Part shown: one piece after another, positions 37,026 to 43,955 of the stretch | Layout of the letters: each line of letters begins with the position of its first letter | Position numbering within the stretch: position 1 is the stretch's first letter | Assembly (NCBI GenBank): GCA_036556205.1 | Contig: DATBJW010000008.1 | Span: forward strand, 1,977 to 65,976 | Direction: 5' to 3' | Length of the DNA stretch: 64,000 nt | From: Gemmatimonadota bacterium | Lineage (GTDB): Bacteria > Gemmatimonadota > Gemmatimonadetes > JACCXV01 | Notes under the pieces: generated by a model | Told to the model about the DNA's origin: nothing | The model's input: the letters and a program-made list of their open reading frames with translations, nothing else | Databases searched by the model: none | Made by a program: the position numbers and the translations under genes

Positions 37026-39994
37026 TCCGCCGCGCAGACGGCGAACCCTCCGCGACCGTCGTCGAGCGCCCCGACGCTCCCGCCGGCGAGCGCCGGGGCG
37101 CGCCTCCGCCCCAACCCCCGGTCACCCTGACCGTGGATGGGCGCGAGGTCACGGTTCCGGCCGGCAGCAGCGTGTGGGAGGCGGCGCGTGCGCTGGGGAT
37201 CGAGATCCCCGTCCTCTGCCACGACCCGAAACTGCGGCCGGTGGGCGTGTGCCGCACGTGCGTCGTGGAAGTGGACGGGGCGCGCGTGTTCCCGGCCTCG
37301 TGCGTGCGGCCCGCCGAGCAAGGGATGGTCGTGCGCACGCACACGCCGCGGCTCGAGAGCCAGCGACGGGTGCTCGTCGAGCTCCTCATGGCCGATCATC
37401 CCACGCCCTGCGACAAGGAGCGCGCGCGGGGGGAGTGCGAGCTCGAGGCGCTCGCGCGGCGCTACGGCGTGGCCAACGGCCACGGACCCGTGCCGCTCGA
37501 GGCCCGCCCGCCCCGGCCGCGCGACGACTCGTCGCCCGTCATCGCCGTGGACCACTCCGCCTGCATCCTCTGCGACCGCTGCATCCGCGCCTGCGACGAG
37601 GTGCAGCACAACATGGTGATCGGCAGGAGCGGCAAGGGACACCTGGCGCTCATCAGCTTCGACGATCGTCAGCCGATGGGCGAGTCCACCTGCGTCGCCT
37701 GCGGCGAGTGCATGGCCGCCTGCCCCACGGGCGCGCTCACGGACAAGTTCCTGGTCGTCCCGTTCGTGCCGCCCGAGGTGAAGACGGTGGACTCCGTGTG
37801 CCCGTACTGCGGGGTGGGCTGCGGCGTCACGCTCGAGGTCAAGGACGACACGATCGTGCGCGTGCAGGGGCGCGAGGACGCGCACAACGAGGGGCGGCTG
37901 TGCGTGAAGGGCCGCTACGGCTACGACTACGAGAGCCATCCGCAGCGACTCACCATGCCGCTCATCCGGCGCGAGGCGTTCTACCCGAAAGGTCCGCTTT
38001 CAGCGGATGTTCGGGCGGACGATGCGGCGCGGCGCGGGCGGGCGAAGGACGCGGGGGGGAACGGTGGCGAAAGGGGAGGTCGCCGCCGCCGCAAGCCGGG
38101 CGGACCGGTGGACTACAAGGAGGTGCTGCCCGCCTTCCGCGAAGCCTCATGGGACGAGGCGCTGGAGCTGGTGGCGCGGAGACTGCTCGAGATCCGCGAC
38201 TCCCACGGGCCCAGGGCGCTGGCGGGGTTCGGCTCGGCCAAATGCTCGAACGAGGAGGCGTACCTCTTCCAGAAGCTGATCCGCACCGTCTTCCGCAACA
38301 ACAACGTGGACCACTGCACGCGGCTCTGCCATGCGGGTTCCGTGGCGGCCATGCTGGAGCAGGTCGGCTCGGGCTCTGTGTCGGACGTGTTCCACAACGC
38401 GCACCGCGCCGACGTGGCGCTGGTGGTCGGCTCCAACACGACCGAGAACCATCCGGTGGCGGCGACCTACGTCAAGGACGCCGCGCAGAAAGGCACGCGG
38501 CTGATCGTGATCGACTCGCGGCGCCACGCGCTCTGCGACCACGCCGATCTGTTCCTGCAGCTGCGGCCCGCCTCGGACGTGGCGCTCTTCAACGCCATGC
38601 TCCACGTGATCTTCCGGGACGGGCTCCAGAACGACGAGTTCATCGCCAGACGCACCGAGAACGTCGAGGCGCTGCGCGCCCTGGTCGAGCCGTACACCCC
38701 GGAGCTCGCCGAGAAGATCAGCGGCATCCCGGCGGCGACGATCGAAGAGGTGGCGCGGGCCTACGCGCGGGGGCCGAACTCGATCATCTTCTGGGGGATG
38801 GGCATCTCGCAGTCGGTCCACGGGACCGACAAGGCGCGCTGCCTGATGAACCTGGTGCTGGCTACCGGGCAGGTGGGACGGCCGGGCACGGGCTTCCACC
38901 CCCTGCGCGGCCAGAACAACGTCCAGGGCGCCTCGGACATGGGGCTCATCCCGATGGTGTTCTCGGGCTACCAGGACGTGGCCGATCCGCAGATTCGCGA
39001 GCGGTTCGAGCGCGCCTGGGGCGCGACCCTCGACCCCCAACCCGGCCTCACCGTGGTCGAGATCGTGGGCGCGGCGCTCGAGCACCGGATCCGCGGCATG
39101 TACATGATGGGTGAGAATCCGTTCCTGTCCGACCCCAACACCGCGAAGGTGCGCAAGGCCCTGGCCTCGCTCGACTTCCTGGTCGTGCAGGACATCTTCA
39201 TGACCGAGACGGCGGAGTTCGCCGACGTCGTGCTCCCCGCCTCGACGGCCTTCGAGAAGACCGGGACGTATACGAACACGGACCGCCGCGTCCAGATCGG
39301 GCGCACGGCCGCGGCTCCCCCGGGTCAGGCGCGGGTGGACTGGGAGATCACGCAGGACATCGCGAACCACATGGGGGCCGGCTGGAGCTACGCGGGCCCC
39401 GAGGAGGTCTTCGCCGAGATGGCGAGCCTCACCCCGGACTACGCCGGCATCACGTATCCAAAGATGGGGCAGATGGGGATCGTGTGGCCGTGCCCCACCC
39501 CGGAGCATCCGGGCACCGAGGTCATCTTCACGGACGCCTTCCCGCGCGGCCGCGGACTCTTCTCGCCGGCCGAGTTCGCGGACCCGGCGGAGCTGCCGAG
39601 TCCCGAGTACCCGCTGGTGATGATCACGGGCCGCACCCTCCAGCACTGGCACACCGGAACCATGACGCGGCGCGCCCGCGTGCTCAGCGAGCTGCAGCCC
39701 GATCCCTTCGTCGAGATGCACCCTGCGGACATGGACACGCGGGGGATCGCCGACGGCGACACCGTCCGCGTGAGCTCCCCCCGCGGCTCGATCGAGCTCA
39801 GGGCGGTCGTGATGGGCCAGGTCGCGCAGGGCACGGTCTTCATCCCCTTCCACTTCAAGGAGGCCCCGGCGAACGCCCTCACATCCGAGAAGCTGGATCC
39901 CTTCGGAAAGATCCCCGACTACAAGTTCTGCGCGGTGCGCGTGGAGCTGGTCGCGAGCGCGGCGCCGGTCGGGGCCGGGGAAGAGGCCGGTTAA
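37022..39994 (+). CDS. fdhA: Formate dehydrogenase alpha subunit (NuoG-like Fe-S N-terminus + Mo/W-bisPGD domain), cysteine type
   Basis: GTG 37022 overlaps the upstream stop (GTGA) and is in frame in ORF 35549..39994. Evidence: 2Fe-2S and 4Fe-4S Cys clusters, CPYCGVGCG, the active-site stretch HCTRLCHAGSVA (Cys, not TGA/Sec), and the C-terminal molybdopterin-dinucleotide-binding domain ..DYKFCAVRVE. Confidence 0.9.
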   Translation: MIRRADGEPSATVVERPDAPAGERRGAPPPQPPVTLTVDGREVTVPAGSSVWEAARALGIEIPVLCHDPKLRPVGVCRTCVVEVDGARVFPASCVRPAEQGMVVRTHTPRLESQRRVLVELLMADHPTPCDKERARGECELEALARRYGVANGHGPVPLEARPPRPRDDSSPVIAVDHSACILCDRCIRACDEVQHNMVIGRSGKGHLALISFDDRQPMGESTCVACGECMAACPTGALTDKFLVVPFVPPEVKTVDSVCPYCGVGCGVTLEVKDDTIVRVQGREDAHNEGRLCVKGRYGYDYESHPQRLTMPLIRREAFYPKGPLSADVRADDAARRGRAKDAGGNGGERGGRRRRKPGGPVDYKEVLPAFREASWDEALELVARRLLEIRDSHGPRALAGFGSAKCSNEEAYLFQKLIRTVFRNNNVDHCTRLCHAGSVAAMLEQVGSGSVSDVFHNAHRADVALVVGSNTTENHPVAATYVKDAAQKGTRLIVIDSRRHALCDHADLFLQLRPASDVALFNAMLHVIFRDGLQNDEFIARRTENVEALRALVEPYTPELAEKISGIPAATIEEVARAYARGPNSIIFWGMGISQSVHGTDKARCLMNLVLATGQVGRPGTGFHPLRGQNNVQGASDMGLIPMVFSGYQDVADPQIRERFERAWGATLDPQPGLTVVEIVGAALEHRIRGMYMMGENPFLSDPNTAKVRKALASLDFLVVQDIFMTETAEFADVVLPASTAFEKTGTYTNTDRRVQIGRTAAAPPGQARVDWEITQDIANHMGAGWSYAGPEEVFAEMASLTPDYAGITYPKMGQMGIVWPCPTPEHPGTEVIFTDAFPRGRGLFSPAEFADPAELPSPEYPLVMITGRTLQHWHTGTMTRRARVLSELQPDPFVEMHPADMDTRGIADGDTVRVSSPRGSIELRAVVMGQVAQGTVFIPFHFKEAPANALTSEKLDPFGKIPDYKFCAVRVELVASAAPVGAGEEAG

Positions 39995-40008
39995 GCGGGA
40001 CGATCACC

Positions 40009-40506
40009 ATGTCCATCCAGGTCCCGCTCACCCGCCGATCCTTCCTGCGCTCCTGCGCGCTCGCCACCGGGGCCGCGGCCGGCGTCCTTGGCGGCCCCGG
40101 CCGACTGCTCGCGTGGACGGCCGCGCCGGCCGACGACGACACGCCCGGCGAGGCCGTGCGAAAGGTCCTCAGCGGCCTCTTCGGAGATCGGCCGCTCCGC
40201 AGGGGCCACGTCGAGCTGACGCTGCCCGAGAACGCCCCCGACGGGCGCACGGTGCCGGTCTTCCTCGAGAGCGACCTGCCCATGGAGCCCGGCAACTACG
40301 TGAAGGCGCTCCACCTGCTTGTGGACAAGAACCCGGACATCCATCTGGCCGCCTTCTACTTCACGCCGGCCTCAGGCAAGGCCTCGATCGATACGCGGAT
40401 CAAGATGCGGGCGACCTCGTGGGTGCGAGCCATCGCCGAGACGAGCCGCGGCGAGCTGTGGTACGCGTCGTTCAAGGTTTTCCCGGCCAGCAACGGGTGC
40501 GGCTGA
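40009..40506 (+). CDS. soxY: Sulfur carrier protein SoxY (Tat-exported)
   Basis: ATG 40009 is in frame in ORF 39484..40506. The Tat motif is LTRRSFLRS. The C-terminal swinging arm ends ..VFPASNGCG, carrying the conserved carrier cysteine. Confidence 0.85.
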   Translation: MSIQVPLTRRSFLRSCALATGAAAGVLGGPGRLLAWTAAPADDDTPGEAVRKVLSGLFGDRPLRRGHVELTLPENAPDGRTVPVFLESDLPMEPGNYVKALHLLVDKNPDIHLAAFYFTPASGKASIDTRIKMRATSWVRAIAETSRGELWYASFKVFPASNGCG

Positions 40507-40850
40507 TGCACGCCCGCGCCACGCACCCGATCGGCGAAGCCAAGATCCTGCTGCCGCCGGGCATCCAGCGCGACAGCCTGATCTACGTCCGCACGCTGAT
40601 CTCGCACCCCATGGACACCGGCTTCTTCAAGGACCACGCCGGCAAGCCGATCCCGGCCCACTTCATCGACGCGGTGACCGTGACGTACGGCGGAGAGGAA
40701 GTGGCGCGCTTCACGTGGACCTCGGGGATCAGCCGCGATCCCTTCCTGACCTTTCCCCTGCGCGCGACCCGCGAGGCGCCGCTGGCCGTCACGTGGAGAG
40801 ACAACCGCGGCGGGGTCTACCGCCAGTCCGTGGACGTGGCCTTCTCCTGA
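40506..40850 (+). CDS. soxZ: Sulfur carrier partner SoxZ
   Basis: ATG 40506 overlaps the soxY stop by 1 nt. Motifs are LISHPMDTGFFKD..GKPIPAHFI and SGISRDPFLTF. It has no signal peptide, as expected for SoxZ. Confidence 0.85.
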   Translation: MHARATHPIGEAKILLPPGIQRDSLIYVRTLISHPMDTGFFKDHAGKPIPAHFIDAVTVTYGGEEVARFTWTSGISRDPFLTFPLRATREAPLAVTWRDNRGGVYRQSVDVAFS

Positions 40851-42664
40851 GCCCTCCCTGCACGGGCCTCGTGGCCGTCTGGCTCGCCTCGCTTGGCGCG
40901 GGGCCGGCCGCCGGAGCGGCCGACCGCGACTCCCTGAAAGCCTATCTCGTCCGCGAGCTCGCGCCCGCCGCGTACGCCGTGCCGGGCGACAGCGGCCGGG
41001 GTGTCGAAGGCCGCGCGAACGCCGGGTTCGTGGTGACGGACGAAGGTGTGGTTGTGATCGACGCGCTCGGCAGCCCGCTCCAGGGGCGGCGGCTGGTCGC
41101 CTCGATCCGCTCCGTCACCGACCTGCCGATCCGCTGGCTGATCCTCACCCATCACCATCCCGATCACGCCTTCGGCGCCGCGGCGCTGCGCGAGGCAGGC
41201 GCGCAAGTGCTGGCCCATCCCGACGCCGAGATGCAGGCGGGCGCCGGAGGAGACTCCAGCCTGGCGGCCGACTGGGCCGCCGTGGTGGGGGAGGAGGAGA
41301 TGCGGGGGTTTACGTTCGCCGACCGGCCCGACGTGCCGGTGACGCGCGATACCACCCTGAGTCTGGGAGACACGCGGCTCGTGATCGGCTATCCCGGCCC
41401 GGCCCACACGCGCGGCGACCTCTTCGTCTGGCTGCCGGCGGCGCGCGTGCTCTTCGCCGGCGATCTCGTCGTGGAAGACGGGATGACCATGCTTAATGAC
41501 GGGAGCTCGGCCGGGCTGCTCGCCGCGCTGGACCGGCTCGCGGCGCTGGACCCCGCCGTGCTGGTCCCCGGTCACGGCCGGATCCCGAACGCTCCGGGCG
41601 CGTTGATCGCCGAAACCCACGCCTACGTGGACAGCCTGCGCGGCGCCATGCGGCAGGCCTTCGAGAGCGGGACGTCGCTGAATGCGGTCGTCGCCTCCCT
41701 GCCTCCCGCCGACCCCGACCGCCCGGTCTCATTCGCGTCGCGCCGGCGTCGCAACGCGGTCCGGGTCTACGTGGAGATCGAGCGCCAGGCCATGGGCCTG
41801 GACTCGTCTGCGGACCAGGAACCGGCGGACGTCTCGACGCCGGTCCCGAGCGTGGTGTCCACGGCAGACCTTGCGAAGCTCGTCGAGCGGGGGGAGGTCA
41901 CGCTCGTGGACGTGCGCGCGGACTTCGCCCAGTACCTGCAGGGTCACCTGCCGGGTGCGGTCTATCTGAACTCCGAGACGCTGCGCGCGGAGGACGGCGG
42001 CCTGCCGAACCAGCTGCTCCCGCGCGCGAGCTACGCCACGCTGTTCGCGCGCCTGGGCGTGCGCGGGGAGCGCCCGGTCGTGATCTATTCTTCCGGCGAG
42101 GCGCGCAACATCGACGCCACGTATCTGGCCTGGATCCTGTCGGGCTTCGGCCACTCCGACGTGCGCGTTCTGGACGGGGGCTACGCCAAGTGGCAGATCG
42201 AGGGGCGGCCGCTGGCGCGCAAGTACCCGCGCTACGACGTGATCGAGCCGCCGGCGGGCGAGTTCCGCCCCGAACGAGCCTCGCTCGACGACGTGCGCGC
42301 GGCGCTGAAGGCGAAGGACGTGGTGCTGGTGGACGCCCGGCCGCCGGACCAGTACGCCGGCGAGGCCGGCGCGCAGCTCCGCCGCGGCCACATCCCGGGG
42401 GCGGTCAACCACTACTGGCAGAGCGACCTCGAGGGCGACTTCGCGAAGGTCTGGAAGCCCCGCCAGGAACTCCGCGCCGCCTACGAGGCGCAGGGCGTCA
42501 CGCCGGACAAGCGCGTCATCGCCTACTGCAACGGCGGGCTCGAGTCGAGCCACGTCTACTTCACGCTGCGCGCCCTGCTCGGCTACCCCGACGTGCGGGT
42601 CTACGACGGCTCCTGGACGGAGTGGTCGGAGCGCGAGGACCTGCCCATCGAGACCGGGCCCTGA
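40793..42664 (+). CDS. Secreted metallo-beta-lactamase-fold (SoxH-like) protein fused to tandem rhodanese (sulfurtransferase) domains
   Basis: In frame in ORF 40319..42664. The start is uncertain: GTG 40793 gives an RR-containing signal-like N-terminus, and GTG 40871 is the alternative. The MBL motif is LILTHHHPDH. Two rhodanese domains follow: the first lacks a Cys and the second has the active-site loop CNGGLESS and ..YDGSWTEW. Confidence 0.75.
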   Translation: MERQPRRGLPPVRGRGLLLSPPCTGLVAVWLASLGAGPAAGAADRDSLKAYLVRELAPAAYAVPGDSGRGVEGRANAGFVVTDEGVVVIDALGSPLQGRRLVASIRSVTDLPIRWLILTHHHPDHAFGAAALREAGAQVLAHPDAEMQAGAGGDSSLAADWAAVVGEEEMRGFTFADRPDVPVTRDTTLSLGDTRLVIGYPGPAHTRGDLFVWLPAARVLFAGDLVVEDGMTMLNDGSSAGLLAALDRLAALDPAVLVPGHGRIPNAPGALIAETHAYVDSLRGAMRQAFESGTSLNAVVASLPPADPDRPVSFASRRRRNAVRVYVEIERQAMGLDSSADQEPADVSTPVPSVVSTADLAKLVERGEVTLVDVRADFAQYLQGHLPGAVYLNSETLRAEDGGLPNQLLPRASYATLFARLGVRGERPVVIYSSGEARNIDATYLAWILSGFGHSDVRVLDGGYAKWQIEGRPLARKYPRYDVIEPPAGEFRPERASLDDVRAALKAKDVVLVDARPPDQYAGEAGAQLRRGHIPGAVNHYWQSDLEGDFAKVWKPRQELRAAYEAQGVTPDKRVIAYCNGGLESSHVYFTLRALLGYPDVRVYDGSWTEWSEREDLPIETGP

Positions 42665-42696
42665 GCCCCGCCGCGCGCGACGAGCCCCGGCGCGCC

Positions 42697-43905
42697 GTGC
42701 TCCACGGCCTGCGCCAGCTCGCCACACCGCTTGCGGACGGCGGGATGCGGGTCGTCGCCGACGCGTGGGTCGCCTTCGAAGAGGGGCGCGTCGCGGCGGT
42801 CGGGTCGGGGACGCCGCCGGCAGGAGGCGAGCGGATCGACGCCGACGGCATGGTCGCGATCCCGGGCTTCGTGGACTCCCACACGCACGCCGTCTTCGGC
42901 AGGAGCCGCGCCGACGAGCTGGAACGACGCGTGCGGGGCGAGAGCTACGCCTCCATCGCCGCTTCCGGAGGAGGCATCCTGGCCTCGGTGGCCGATCTCC
43001 GCCGGCGCTCCGAAGACGAGCTGGTCGAGCTCGCCCGACCGCGACTCCTGGCGATGCTGGCTTCGGGCACCACGACCGCCGAGGTCAAGAGCGGCTACGG
43101 GCTCTCGCTCGACGACGAGCTCAAGACCCTGCGGGCGATCGAGCGCCTGCGGAGCCTCGTTTCGCTGGAGCTGGTCCCGACCTTCCTCGGCGCTCACGCC
43201 GTGCCGCCCGAATTCCTGGCCGATCGCGCGGGATACGTGCGGCTGCTCGCGCGCGAGATGCTTCCCGCGGTGGCGGACCAGGGGCTGGCGCGCTTCTGCG
43301 ATGTGTTCTGCGACCGGGGGGCGTTCACGCTCGAGGAAGCCGAGACCGTGCTGAGCGCCGCGCGGGATCTGGGGCTCGGGCTCAAGGTCCACGCCGACGA
43401 GTTCGAGAACCTGGGCGCGACGGAGATGGCGGTGCGCCTGGGAGCCGCGTCCGCCGATCATCTGCTGCGCGTGGGGGAGAGCGGGATCCGGGCCCTGGCG
43501 GGGAGCCGAACGGTGGCGACGCTCCTGCCCGGCACGGCGCTCTTTCTCGGGCTGCCATACGCGCCCGCGCGCCGGCTGCTCGAAGCCGGGGCCACGCTCG
43601 CGCTCGCGACCGATTTCAATCCCGGGAGCTGCCCCTGCGCTTCGATGGCTACGGTCTGGACGCTGGCCAGCTGCGGCATGGGGGTTCCGCTCGACGATGC
43701 GCTGCGCGCGCTCACGCTGGGGGGCGCGCGGGCGCTCGGCCTGCAGGACGAGGTCGGTTGCGTGGCGCCCGGCCGGCGCGCCGACCTCTCGCTCTTCGAC
43801 GTCGCCGACTACCGCGAGATCCCCTACTTCTTCGGCGAGAACCGCTGCGCGGGCGTGGTGCGCGGGGGGAGCGTGGTGTGGTCGCGAAGCTCCCCGCAGA
43901 GCTGA
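42697..43905 (+). CDS. hutI: Imidazolonepropionase
   Basis: GTG 42697 is in frame in ORF 42190..43905. Motifs are PGFVDSHTHAVFG, SGGGILASV, TTAEVKSGYGL, HADE and ATDFNPGS. Confidence 0.92.
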   Translation: MLHGLRQLATPLADGGMRVVADAWVAFEEGRVAAVGSGTPPAGGERIDADGMVAIPGFVDSHTHAVFGRSRADELERRVRGESYASIAASGGGILASVADLRRRSEDELVELARPRLLAMLASGTTTAEVKSGYGLSLDDELKTLRAIERLRSLVSLELVPTFLGAHAVPPEFLADRAGYVRLLAREMLPAVADQGLARFCDVFCDRGAFTLEEAETVLSAARDLGLGLKVHADEFENLGATEMAVRLGAASADHLLRVGESGIRALAGSRTVATLLPGTALFLGLPYAPARRLLEAGATLALATDFNPGSCPCASMATVWTLASCGMGVPLDDALRALTLGGARALGLQDEVGCVAPGRRADLSLFDVADYREIPYFFGENRCAGVVRGGSVVWSRSSPQS

Positions 43906-43923
43906 AAGCGTCCGGCTGACTCG

Positions 43924-43952
43924 TTGATACGGCAGTACTTGCCTGTTATACT
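43924..43952 (+). promoter_or_regulatory. Sigma-70-like promoter upstream of the 715-aa TPR gene
   Basis: TTGATA (43924-43929), a 17-nt spacer, then TATACT (43947-43952), in an AT-richer patch. Confidence 0.55.
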
Positions 43953-43955
43953 CGG

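Noticed and set aside
38300-38345. Possible selenocysteine recoding (in-frame TGA plus SECIS) in the formate dehydrogenase alpha subunit.
   Set aside because: The ORF is uninterrupted, and the active-site position reads TRLCHAGS with a TGC cysteine codon. This is a Cys-type enzyme and no recoding is needed.
40847-40873. A lipoprotein signal (Cys in LLLSPPC) for the MBL::rhodanese fusion.
   Set aside because: The residues preceding the Cys (S-P-P) do not fit a lipobox (L-[AS]-[GA]-C). An ordinary signal-peptidase-I site around AGA|AD is more plausible. Export itself remains to be verified because the start codon is uncertain.
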